A stretch of DNA of 64,000 nucleotides from positions 320,001-384,000 of the forward strand of contig CAXXMV010000002.1 in the NCBI GenBank assembly GCA_963662285.2, read 5' to 3'. The position numbers were made by a program, and so were the translations under genes. Shown here one piece after another: positions 40,064 through 49,852 of this stretch. Position 1 is the first letter of the stretch, and each line of letters starts with the position of its first letter. This DNA is from a bacterium. Its GTDB lineage: Bacteria; Hinthialibacterota; Hinthialibacteria; Hinthialibacterales; Hinthialibacteraceae. The notes below the pieces were generated by a model. That model did no database searches, had not been told where the DNA came from, and saw nothing but the letters and a program-made list of their open reading frames with translations.

Positions 40064-42430
40064 ATGAAAAAAGATTTGTTGGCTTTAATGTTGATATGCC
40101 TGGCTGTATTTTTTGGGGCAGGATCGATTGTATTTGAACATGCTGCGCCGTTTCGAGGTGATATATCGTTGCAATTTTATCCCTGGAAAGTATTTACTCA
40201 ATCCATGCTTTCTTCGGGAGAAATTCCATATTGGAATCCATACGTTTATGGAGGCGCTCCTTTTTTAGCCAATATACAATCCGCTGTTTTTTATCCTTTC
40301 GACCTGATTCTATTCGTTTTTCCAATGGAGTGGTTTTTTGGATTATCTTTAATACTGCATCTATTACTAGCATCTATTGGAACCTACTTTTTTGCCCGGA
40401 TATGCTGCGTTACGCCTTTCCCATCCATCATTGCCAGCATTGCTTATGGATTAAACGGTTTCACCATGATTCATATCCCTGCAGGAAACCATTTGACTTA
40501 TGCCGGCGCTGCCTGGGTTCCCTGGATGTTCTGGGTTACGGCTGGTTTCATTCTAACCAAAAAAAGCCGGCTTCCCTGGGCTTTGGGAGGAGCGTTTATA
40601 ACATGGATGCACTTTCTATGCGGCCATCCGCAGATGACTTTTTATTCTATGGTTTTTAGTTTCTTATTCTCTCTCTTACTGGGATTTTGGATGGAGCGAC
40701 GTTCAAGTTATTTCAATCCGTTCATCCCATTGATGCGCACCGCCGCATGGTCATCATTTCTGCTTCTAGGCATCGCTATGGCGGGGATGCAGCTGATTCC
40801 AACATTGGAATACTTTAGTCATGCCAATCGAGCAGGCGGGCTTACTCTACAAGCTGCCACCGAATTTTCTTTCGCTCCCCACCGCTTAATCACGTTACTG
40901 TGCCCGGAATATTATGGAACCATGATTCGCGGAACTCATTACGATAGTTTCGTCTATTGGTCATGCGCCTATGCCGGGGCGATAATACCGTTTCTGGCGT
41001 TGATAGTCATGTTCCGCGCCGGGAAAAGATATCCCATGGTCGCCCCATTAAGCGCGGTAGCATTCCTGGGTCTTTTGTTGGCCTGGGGGCGGGGCAATCC
41101 GGTTTACGCCATGATCTTCCAACTTCCGGGATTCGGTCATTTCAGGGCTCCAGCCAAATATATCCCATATTATCTTGTCTGCATTAGCGTCCTGGGCGCA
41201 TTAGGGGTGGAATACCTCAGCAACCGGGTTTATATCAGACAGCAAAAATCAGCTTGTAAATTGGTTAAAAACAGCCAAACCATAATTTCAACTATTCTCT
41301 TAGGAGCGTTCTTCATTTTTTTTATCCAATTCGGCGCGCCCATTCTCTCCGGTTTAGCTGATAAAACCATGTTTAATATAACTCTTAAAATCAGCGGAGT
41401 GGATTCCGCAATACAGCAGGATGGCAGGATAGCAACTAATCTTAATCAATTAATGATATGGGAGAAAGCCGCATCCCTGCTTAGATTAGCGTTTATTCTG
41501 GGCGCCAGCATCGCCGCCTATATTATTGCGCGAAGATTTACCAAATCTCCACGCTTTGTTATATCGTTGGCATTAGGTTTTATCCTCTTGCTTGATTTGC
41601 ATTATTTCGGACAGAATTATTTGCTGGCCAGTCTCCAGGATGTAAACGTAATTCGTCAATCCACCATTCCAACTCAGGGCATTGGAATGATACGACCCCC
41701 CCGCAAAACCATTTTACCCGACCGCATCATGAACCGCAAAGATATTGATTACCCCAATGTGTTTATGCATTGGCATCTGCATAACATCGCTGGTTATGAT
41801 CCCATGAGTTTAAGCGCCTACAATCAACAAATCGGATTAATGGAGGATTGGAAAGGCGAGTATCACGACAATATTAAACTTGAGAATTTTGATCATCCAG
41901 TGTTGGATATGCTGAATGTTCGCTATGTGTTGACTCTGGAAGAGTTGAACAGCCCGGCGATAAACCTGCGTTATGAGGGAGCGGAATTTAGAATCTATGA
42001 AAGATTGAGCCGCAAGAGAGCGTGGGCTGTGATAAAAACGCCCCATAATGATGGCGAATGGATGTCGGTCGATTCAGCCATTAAATTCACTGAATACAGT
42101 CCGCACCGCATTGCGTTCAAATACGTTGCTGAGCAACCGGTTGAAATGCGTATATCTGAATGGGATTATCCCGGTTGGAAAGCGCAAGCGACCTTAATGA
42201 ACCATAAGACGCAAATGCTCCCCATAGAACCTTCAGATGAAGGATTGCGTTGTTTTAAGGTTCCGGCGGGAACTACTGGAATCAGGGTTTTTTACCAGGC
42301 GCCGCGCAGCGGTTGGATTTTGTCTTGTATATCGGGAGCATTCTTCGCTTTGCTCTTAGTGTTGACGCTGATTCGACGTAACGACCGGTATTTATATATA
42401 CTACAGTGGGCCTTTGGCCGGGATTATTAA
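40064..42430 (+). CDS. YfhO-family (GT-C-like) membrane protein
   Basis: D...QFYPW, PYWNPY..GAPFLAN, GHPQ, FRAPAK, YPGWKA. Confidence 0.85.
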   Translation: MKKDLLALMLICLAVFFGAGSIVFEHAAPFRGDISLQFYPWKVFTQSMLSSGEIPYWNPYVYGGAPFLANIQSAVFYPFDLILFVFPMEWFFGLSLILHLLLASIGTYFFARICCVTPFPSIIASIAYGLNGFTMIHIPAGNHLTYAGAAWVPWMFWVTAGFILTKKSRLPWALGGAFITWMHFLCGHPQMTFYSMVFSFLFSLLLGFWMERRSSYFNPFIPLMRTAAWSSFLLLGIAMAGMQLIPTLEYFSHANRAGGLTLQAATEFSFAPHRLITLLCPEYYGTMIRGTHYDSFVYWSCAYAGAIIPFLALIVMFRAGKRYPMVAPLSAVAFLGLLLAWGRGNPVYAMIFQLPGFGHFRAPAKYIPYYLVCISVLGALGVEYLSNRVYIRQQKSACKLVKNSQTIISTILLGAFFIFFIQFGAPILSGLADKTMFNITLKISGVDSAIQQDGRIATNLNQLMIWEKAASLLRLAFILGASIAAYIIARRFTKSPRFVISLALGFILLLDLHYFGQNYLLASLQDVNVIRQSTIPTQGIGMIRPPRKTILPDRIMNRKDIDYPNVFMHWHLHNIAGYDPMSLSAYNQQIGLMEDWKGEYHDNIKLENFDHPVLDMLNVRYVLTLEELNSPAINLRYEGAEFRIYERLSRKRAWAVIKTPHNDGEWMSVDSAIKFTEYSPHRIAFKYVAEQPVEMRISEWDYPGWKAQATLMNHKTQMLPIEPSDEGLRCFKVPAGTTGIRVFYQAPRSGWILSCISGAFFALLLVLTLIRRNDRYLYILQWAFGRDY

Positions 42431-42523
42431 CTGATATTAACAATTAGAGCAGAAAAACCTTCCGATTATCTGATCTGGAGGTTTCAACGCGTATATTTGA
42501 GAACAACTCAATAAGCGTAATAT

Positions 42524-43327
42524 TTATTGAGATTTTTTGGTTGTAATTTGTTTTTTCGTGCATTCGATAATCATGCTATCTTCAAGGCGCACATTTACTG
42601 AATTCTTGACATAGTTATGTTCGATGATGATCCCATCCCCTTCAGCAGTTTTGACAGACGTTCCGCAGGGTGGGAAATCATTTTTGGCCGAAAGATAATC
42701 GTTTACCTCATAAGTCAAACAACACATCAGCCGACCGCATAGACCGGATATTTTGGTGGGATTCAAGGCCAGGTTCTGCTCCTTGGCCATGCGAATAGTA
42801 ATTGGATCGAATTTTTGCAGGAATCTTGAACAACAGAGTTCCTGACCGCAGATACCGTATCCACCAATTTTCTTAGAGCGGTCGCGTACGCCAATCTGAC
42901 GCATTTCAATTCGAGTTCGGTAAATCGATGCCAGGTCTTTGACCAATTCACGGAAGTCGATGCGGTTTTCCGCAGTAAAGAAAAAGCGCATTTTTTTACC
43001 GTCGAGACTGCGCTCGACAGCGGCTAGAGACATGGGCAGATCATGTTTGTGGATTTTTTCGAGAGCTACGTTGAATGCATCGCGTTCCATAGCGCGATTG
43101 TTGCGGACAATATCAAAATCATCCTTGGTCGCTTCGCGAAATACAAATACCTCTTCTTCAGTTGGAAGATCATCTTCCATGTCATATGGATCGGTTTTCA
43201 CTTTAGCCAGTTCAAGATCACCCACAACATCCACAATACAAAACTTCTTGGGAACGAATTCAATGGGATCTTCTTGAAAACGCGCCACCAAGCGTCGTTC
43301 TCGGACTTTTATATCAACAACCTTCAT
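42524..43327 (-). CDS. ricT: PSP1 domain Fe-S protein RicT/YaaT
   Basis: RIDFRELVKDLA, RIEMRQIG.RD, CGQELCC, KISGLCGRLMCCL.YE. Confidence 0.93.
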   Translation of the reverse strand: MKVVDIKVRERRLVARFQEDPIEFVPKKFCIVDVVGDLELAKVKTDPYDMEDDLPTEEEVFVFREATKDDFDIVRNNRAMERDAFNVALEKIHKHDLPMSLAAVERSLDGKKMRFFFTAENRIDFRELVKDLASIYRTRIEMRQIGVRDRSKKIGGYGICGQELCCSRFLQKFDPITIRMAKEQNLALNPTKISGLCGRLMCCLTYEVNDYLSAKNDFPPCGTSVKTAEGDGIIIEHNYVKNSVNVRLEDSMIIECTKKQITTKKSQ

Positions 43328-43585
43328 ACTTTAATTTCCGTTCTGAATACGTTTCTGTTTATATTTTAGACGTACTGTATGTTGGGTGAATTGTCAGTAT
43401 CTCACTCATATTGATTTTAATTACGCATTATCAATCCATCAAAAAAAACTGGCACATTATCTTGTAATGTTACTTGGTTCACCTATCGGCTGTCAACGTT
43501 CGGTCTGTCTTTAGCAAGAATCACTGGATGAAACGTTCTAGACTGCTATAATCTTCTGCTTGTTAGAACAAACAGGAAACCAGCC

Positions 43586-44977
43586 ATGAATCCTTTCAAT
43601 CAATACCCTATATCGCCAAATACTCCCCTAAGGGGAAGCGGCGCCTTGAAATATCACTTTACCTCGCTGGGATGCCCCAAAAACCTTGTTGAGAGCGAAG
43701 AGATGATGGCCCAATTGGCTATATCCGGCATGGTGCTGGTGCATGACCCGGAAGATGCTGACCTGTTGGTAGTTAATACCTGCGGCTTTATTAATCCTGC
43801 AAAAGAGGAATCGGTTGATGTAATACTTGAATTATGCGAAATTCGACGGCAAAATCCGGCGCAAAGACTGGTGGTTGTCGGGTGTCTGGTGCAGCGATAT
43901 CGCCAAGAATTGAAAGAAGAACTGCCCGAAGTTGATGCTTTTATCGGCGTTAATGACCGGGAAGCATTCATTCAAATAGCGTGGCAAGTGATGGGACGCA
44001 AGCCAATAAACAATCCATCACCGAATGCGCTTTTTATGCCGCGTCTGATTACGACTCCCCCGCACATGGCCTATTTACGCATCTCTGATGGTTGTTTTCA
44101 TAAATGCAGTTTCTGCGCAATACCCATGATTCGCGGTCCACTCCGGTCACGTCCCATTGAGGAGATCATCGCTGAAGCCAAGTCATTGGCTGCCGGTGGA
44201 GTTAAGGAGATTGTGATTGTATCGCAGGATACTACATCCTATGGCGTTGATCTCTATAACCGGCTGGCCATCACAGACCTGCTAACTAAACTGGAGGAGA
44301 TTGAAGGTATTGAATGGATACGACTTATGTATCTTTATCCACACCTGATTGACCGACGGTTGATAAAATATTTCACTAGAAGTGAAAAACTTATTTCATA
44401 CGCTGATCTCCCCATTCAACATGGCGATCCGGAAATATTAAAGCTTATGAATCGTGGGGCAACGGATGTTCACATTCGGCGAGCAGTAGAAAAATTACGT
44501 GAAGCCCGGCCCGATATGACGCTTCGCTCAACTGTGATAGTCGGTTTTCCAGGTGAGAAACAGCGCCACTTCGAAAATATGATGCAGTTGTTATACGATC
44601 TTGATTTTGACAGACTGGGAGTATTTTCGTTTTCTCGCGAAGAAGGCACTCAAGCCGATAAACTCCCTAATCATGTTTCTGACAGGATCAAGGAAAAACG
44701 CTTTCAAATTGTGCTTGAATGGTCGTGCGAGAGAGCTCGTGAAAAAAACCAGGACTTTATTGGAGAGATTCTGACTGTATTAATCGATCAGAAAGATCCT
44801 GATGGAGACGGTTATTGGGGACGCTATCAGGGGCAGGCGCCTGAAGTTGATGGTCAGGTCTATGTACTTGGTAAGAATCTGATTCCCGGTTGCTTCGCTC
44901 CTGTTCGCATCAGCGAAGCGGATGAAGAGAATCTGATCGGATACCTCAATAAGGATATAAACGTGGTCAAAGTATGA
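43586..44977 (+). CDS. rimO: Ribosomal protein S12 methylthiotransferase
   Basis: SLGCPKNLV, NTCGFI..AKEES, GCFHKCSFC, QAPEVDG (TRAM). Confidence 0.95.
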   Translation: MNPFNQYPISPNTPLRGSGALKYHFTSLGCPKNLVESEEMMAQLAISGMVLVHDPEDADLLVVNTCGFINPAKEESVDVILELCEIRRQNPAQRLVVVGCLVQRYRQELKEELPEVDAFIGVNDREAFIQIAWQVMGRKPINNPSPNALFMPRLITTPPHMAYLRISDGCFHKCSFCAIPMIRGPLRSRPIEEIIAEAKSLAAGGVKEIVIVSQDTTSYGVDLYNRLAITDLLTKLEEIEGIEWIRLMYLYPHLIDRRLIKYFTRSEKLISYADLPIQHGDPEILKLMNRGATDVHIRRAVEKLREARPDMTLRSTVIVGFPGEKQRHFENMMQLLYDLDFDRLGVFSFSREEGTQADKLPNHVSDRIKEKRFQIVLEWSCERAREKNQDFIGEILTVLIDQKDPDGDGYWGRYQGQAPEVDGQVYVLGKNLIPGCFAPVRISEADEENLIGYLNKDINVVKV

Positions 44978-45501
44978 TAACCAAAGCGCCTCCATATACA
45001 TCGCCGCCAAAAGAGCTAAAAAAAGCCTCTTTTGTTCAATGGATTTCCTATTTTATCGCATCAACCGGCTGGACGGGTCATTTACCTGCTTCCGGCACAT
45101 GGGGAGCGCTGGTCGCCTGGGCGCTGCATACTTTTTTCTTTCCAAATGCCTTCACGCTGCAAAACTGGCCTATAGCCCTGGGCATCCTGTTTGGCGTTAC
45201 TCTTATCGGCGTAATCTGCGCAGAGATTGTCGAGCGAATGACTGGCGTTAAAGATGATTCACGCATAACGGTTGATGAAGTTGCGGGCTATTTCCTGGCT
45301 GTGTTATTCGCGCCCGCTGGATGGCAGTACACCATTCCCGCTTTTGTCCTGGCGCGTATATTTGATGTTCTTAAACCGCCGCCAGCCAACGCGCTGCAAG
45401 ACCTGCATGGCGGAATCGGCATCATGATCGACGATCTTATCGCCAGCGTTTACGCAGTTTTGGTACTGCATGTGGGTATCTACTTACTTGGCGGCTACTA
45501 A
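44974..45501 (+). CDS. pgpA: Phosphatidylglycerophosphatase A
   Basis: ASGTWG, D...VDEVAG, RIFDVLKP, GG.GIMIDD. Confidence 0.93.
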   Translation: MITKAPPYTSPPKELKKASFVQWISYFIASTGWTGHLPASGTWGALVAWALHTFFFPNAFTLQNWPIALGILFGVTLIGVICAEIVERMTGVKDDSRITVDEVAGYFLAVLFAPAGWQYTIPAFVLARIFDVLKPPPANALQDLHGGIGIMIDDLIASVYAVLVLHVGIYLLGGY

Positions 45502-45961
45502 AAGAGCGTTTTTTTGAATCGTGAATCAGAACCTTATTACGCCTATCTCTCCAGGTTATGTTTTATCTTTTCTTTTTTTATATCCTTTAAACCAAATATC
45601 CTCCCCCAAGCATGGAAGAAATGAATAAAAAATCTCTTGTGGTTGGCAGAATAAGATTATTCCCGCATCCCTGAGTGCACGATATTTAAATAATTCCCCT
45701 AATTATTATTCAGACATCATTTATATTGCGGTTTTACACAAGCATGTAGTATAATACGTCGAATCTTGATTCGCTTGCATTTTGCCAATTCATGAATCAA
45801 CTTTGATCCAATGTTAATATTCCGTATTCACTATTGCGGTTAACAAAAAATAATGGATTGGTTCAAAATCTCAATTTTGAGGTTCTTTGAACTATCGCTT
45901 TATAGAACATATTATTCTTAACAGATGCTGGTCTCATTTAGAAAGGAACTGCCTAGCGGAG

Positions 45962-47683
45962 ATGGATATCAATTGGGAAGAGATAATTACACTGATTCGG
46001 GAGGGTGGAGAAAAAACCGCAGCTGCTATTGAACAAAATTCTGATGATAAAAAAATATCTGGCGAATTGCGCGGTAGTCTGAGTTTTCTCGATCAGGTTC
46101 AGGAGTGGGAGGGGAAAGTCCCGCCTGAAAAAATCCATAATTCTATTATTTCTTTCATTAAAAAGATCGAGACGGATTTAAAAGAAGCCGTTAAAGCCAA
46201 AATACTATCCCCCGAAGTGTATGGCGCATCGGAAAAGAATCCTACCCCGGTATTTATCGGCGAAACAATTACCGCTATCGGTCCGGACATCATTATCAGC
46301 ACCGATAAAATGAAAGTCCATGCCTCGGTTGACGCAGAGTTCATGGATTTCTGGGATGCGGCGAAGATCAAAGCAGGTTTGGAAAGGCGTGGCATCACGG
46401 CGCCCATATCAAATGTTGAGATCGACAAAATGCTGACTGAACCCGGCGTTGTTGTAAAATGCGCTGTAGGCAGCAAGCCGGTAGCAGGAAAAGACGCCAT
46501 TATCGAAGACTGCATCGGCTTGGACCTGGATGGGATTCCTTCTGTTATTAATAGAAATAAAGTTGATTTGAAATCATTGAATTGGATACATAATGTCGCG
46601 CAAGATCAAACCATTTTAAGCAAAAAACCTGCTACTCCCGGAGTTCCCGGCTCGGATGTGTTTGGCGAAGAAATTTCATGCCGGGATGGTGTTGATATTC
46701 CCTTTCCTTCAATCGCCAATACCAGCATCTCTGAAGATGGTTTGAACGTGCTATCGATGGTTGATGGCTGCGCCTATAAAGTAGGCGATAATATTGTTGT
46801 TGTTCCATCACTGGAAATTAAAGACAATGTCGATTATTCCACCGGGCATGTTAATGCAGAAGTAACGGTTAATATATCGGGAGATGTTCTAACAGGATTT
46901 AATGTGCAAACCAGCAAGGATATCCATGTTAAAGGAACTGTTGAAGCCAGCAGACTTGAAGCGAAGGGCAGCATCTTTTTGCCTGGCGGCGTGCAAGGTA
47001 AATCAGAAGCGGTTATTAAATCGGGCAAGCATATCGAGGCGAAATTCATCAACGCAGCCCAAGTTCTGGCGAAAGGCGAAATCCTGGTTCACGGTTCAAT
47101 TATACAATCCAAACTACGCGCCTGGAGAATTGAAGCGTTAGAGAAGGATGCCGATATCATTGGCGGCGTCATCGAATCTGAAGAAGATGTTTGCGCGGAT
47201 ACCTTTGGCTCGGAAATCGGCGTCAAAACTGTAATAAAACTGGGTCATGATATCCCTGAAACCACCAATAAAATAGCAAAACTTGAAGAGCAATTAAAAC
47301 AACTGGATATCAAAAATCAAGAATGCAGTGAAAAATTAACTGCCTTGGAACGTACTAAAGAAGAAAATGGCGTCCTCTCTTCCACCCAGGAAAAAGTTAA
47401 AGCCAAATTGATCGAGAATATCGCCAAATTGCATGAAACTTTAGATACTAAAAAACGCCAAATTGAATTGTTTCATGAAAAATTAGAGAGGTCTCAGGGT
47501 ATGCAAAGGATGGTGCGAGCTCGAAAAAATATGCATCCCGGCGTAGAGGTGACTATTCTGGATCATTCCTTCGCCCCCAAAGCGCCAACTGGGCCGTTAA
47601 CTCTGATTGTGACCAGCGAGGGGATCGAACAGGTTCCTTTTGAAGAAAGAACGTTTGAGAGCGAGGAAGAAGTAGATGAATAA
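45962..47683 (+). CDS. DUF342 / FapA family protein
   Basis: PGVPGSDVFGE, VDYSTGHV, GDVLTGF.V, coiled coil, HPGVEV; likely ATG 45962. Confidence 0.85.
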   Translation: MDINWEEIITLIREGGEKTAAAIEQNSDDKKISGELRGSLSFLDQVQEWEGKVPPEKIHNSIISFIKKIETDLKEAVKAKILSPEVYGASEKNPTPVFIGETITAIGPDIIISTDKMKVHASVDAEFMDFWDAAKIKAGLERRGITAPISNVEIDKMLTEPGVVVKCAVGSKPVAGKDAIIEDCIGLDLDGIPSVINRNKVDLKSLNWIHNVAQDQTILSKKPATPGVPGSDVFGEEISCRDGVDIPFPSIANTSISEDGLNVLSMVDGCAYKVGDNIVVVPSLEIKDNVDYSTGHVNAEVTVNISGDVLTGFNVQTSKDIHVKGTVEASRLEAKGSIFLPGGVQGKSEAVIKSGKHIEAKFINAAQVLAKGEILVHGSIIQSKLRAWRIEALEKDADIIGGVIESEEDVCADTFGSEIGVKTVIKLGHDIPETTNKIAKLEEQLKQLDIKNQECSEKLTALERTKEENGVLSSTQEKVKAKLIENIAKLHETLDTKKRQIELFHEKLERSQGMQRMVRARKNMHPGVEVTILDHSFAPKAPTGPLTLIVTSEGIEQVPFEERTFESEEEVDE

Positions 47684-49391
47684 TTCAGCCAGCAACTCCT
47701 CTCCAGAAAAAGATATCGCACGAGACCAGCGCAAAAAACAGGCTGAAGAAATGCGCCAGACCTCTCGACGAACTGAATTAGCCAATTCGATTCGCTCTAT
47801 ATTGAAACAAGTTAAAAAAGAAAATCCTGTAGAGCAGATGCGAACATTACTATCTGACGGAAAAGCGGATCAGATAAAGAGCGATATGCTCGACCTCCGT
47901 AGAAATTTGGATATTGATTTAAAACTGAAGCGTCTTTCTCAAAAAACTCTTACTAACGGCGCCGACTTTTTGAAATTCTCGCAACCTTTGATTAACGGTA
48001 AAAGCCAGATCGATAATCTTAAGCACCAACTGGAACAGTATAAAACTCCAGAAAAAAGAGATTCGCTTGAAGGCGCAGAGAAAAACAATTTGCGTAATAT
48101 TGTTATCCAACTCCGTCAAACCCTGCAAAACTATAGCCTATTGACCAGTCAGGCGATGAAATTGTTCACTACATATTGCCAGGGACGACGAAAGGATATG
48201 GGAGAAGAAGCCGCTCTTAAGCATTCTGTGCAATTCTACCTTCAGTTTCTTGAGGGTCCGCAACGCGCTCGTCTTTCGATGCAGATTAAAGGCATGATGG
48301 AGGATATGCCGTTTACCAAACGAATTGAAGCGCTTGATAAATTCATATCCATGATTGTACAGATTTCTCCCAGTATTCGTGACGCCGAAGTTGGGCGTTG
48401 CATTGAAATGGCTCACCACTATATCCAGGAAGCCCACATTGATGATGCTGTCAAAGAACTTAACAAGGCTCTGGAATACGGACAAAACGCAGAGGTTTAT
48501 CTGGAACTTGCGAAATGCTGGCAAATTAAAGGTGATACTAAAGAAGAAATAAACGCATTGAAAAAAGTTCTCCAAAAAGAACCTGAAGCAGTTGACCCTC
48601 TTTTGCGACTGGCTCAAATTCAAGAAGAGACAGGAAATTTTAATGCCGCCGTTCTTCTCTATGAGAAAATTATTGAGAAGCAGCCTTACCGCTTCCGTCT
48701 GATAACCCATCTTGCCCGGATGGCTTTTGATCATCAACTTTGGGCTTCCGCTATCAAATGGCTTACTCATATTCTTAAGGAAAAACCTAATTCAAAGAAA
48801 ACTATAATGCGACTTGGCGTTGCTTTGATTCGTTTTGATGAAATCGAACGGGGTATCGTTCTGCTCAATGGATGTCGCAAAAAAGGTATTGAAGACGCCA
48901 TGATCGATCTACACATCGGCATTGCTTATTACAAACAGAAGCATTACAACGATGCCAATGCCGAATTTCTACACGCTGTCAAAAAATGGCCTAATGATCA
49001 AGAAATATTATACTGGTTAGCCCAATCTGATTTTGACTGCGGCGAATATGAAGACGCTGAACGCCGCTGTCGATCATTACTGAAATCTAAAGGTTCTACT
49101 AGAGACCTTGCTATCCTCCATGCCAAATCTCTGCTAAGGCTTGGCCGTGTGGAAGAGTCTCTTCTATTGCTCAAACCTCTGATCGAAAAAGATGATGCTC
49201 CAGTAGAGGCGATGCTTGAATATGGCATGGGATGCCTAAAGATCAATCAGGTGGAAGATGCTTATCAGGTTTTGAAAAAAGCAATAAGTGTTGAGCCTGA
49301 CAATGGTAAAATTCGGGAAAATCTGGGTCTGGCCTGTATTCAATCAGGTCGTTTCGCCGAATCATCTAAATATATGGTTGATGCAGCGTGA
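47676..49391 (+). CDS. Tetratricopeptide repeat protein
   Basis: Repeated TPR-like helices in the C-terminal 60%; overlaps the upstream stop. Confidence 0.85.
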   Translation: MNNSASNSSPEKDIARDQRKKQAEEMRQTSRRTELANSIRSILKQVKKENPVEQMRTLLSDGKADQIKSDMLDLRRNLDIDLKLKRLSQKTLTNGADFLKFSQPLINGKSQIDNLKHQLEQYKTPEKRDSLEGAEKNNLRNIVIQLRQTLQNYSLLTSQAMKLFTTYCQGRRKDMGEEAALKHSVQFYLQFLEGPQRARLSMQIKGMMEDMPFTKRIEALDKFISMIVQISPSIRDAEVGRCIEMAHHYIQEAHIDDAVKELNKALEYGQNAEVYLELAKCWQIKGDTKEEINALKKVLQKEPEAVDPLLRLAQIQEETGNFNAAVLLYEKIIEKQPYRFRLITHLARMAFDHQLWASAIKWLTHILKEKPNSKKTIMRLGVALIRFDEIERGIVLLNGCRKKGIEDAMIDLHIGIAYYKQKHYNDANAEFLHAVKKWPNDQEILYWLAQSDFDCGEYEDAERRCRSLLKSKGSTRDLAILHAKSLLRLGRVEESLLLLKPLIEKDDAPVEAMLEYGMGCLKINQVEDAYQVLKKAISVEPDNGKIRENLGLACIQSGRFAESSKYMVDAA

Positions 49392-49427
49392 TTAGCGTCA
49401 GCGACATGCCTCCCGGCAAAATTCATG

Positions 49428-49844
49428 TTAGCGAACTGCATGCGTCCAATATTTTATCTTGGGGAAAGGCGCTGGTTTAAAATTGAGCGGCGGAGTAGGT
49501 TTGCATATAAACAGGTAGGCGCACCACCATTGCTCTTCCGTCACGTCAGCTACTGTTTCGCGCGCAATCAGATATTGGGGTTGAAATCCTTTGACGTCAT
49601 CGGGCTGCTCACGCAGAGCATTCCAGCGTATATCGATCACTCTTCCGATATACGCATGTTCTTCACCAATCTGCCTTCGTGCGTATGATATGGAATAGGC
49701 GTATGAACCTATCTGGGAACGCAGTTTAAAATATTTGCATGTCTGCTCTATGCCAACCGCCGCAACGAATACAATGATTCCAATCCAGGCCAGCCATTTC
49801 AATTTTGGTTTCAGTCTTATTTTCAATCTTTCTTCCACTCTCAA
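49428..49844 (-). CDS. Hypothetical single-TM protein
   Basis: 138 aa, one hydrophobic helix, 8 nt downstream of the FG-GAP gene. Confidence 0.55.
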   Translation of the reverse strand: MRVEERLKIRLKPKLKWLAWIGIIVFVAAVGIEQTCKYFKLRSQIGSYAYSISYARRQIGEEHAYIGRVIDIRWNALREQPDDVKGFQPQYLIARETVADVTEEQWWCAYLFICKPTPPLNFKPAPFPKIKYWTHAVR

Positions 49845-49852
49845 AAAACACT

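Noticed and set aside
43449-43466. CTGGCACA...CTTGT as a sigma54 promoter for rimO
   Set aside because: Spacing off by one and no GC at -12
48138-48770. 210-aa antisense ORF and other shadow ORFs (e.g. 4942..5397, 40231..40659, 27404..27856)
   Set aside because: Fully overlap well-supported genes and have no recognisable motifs
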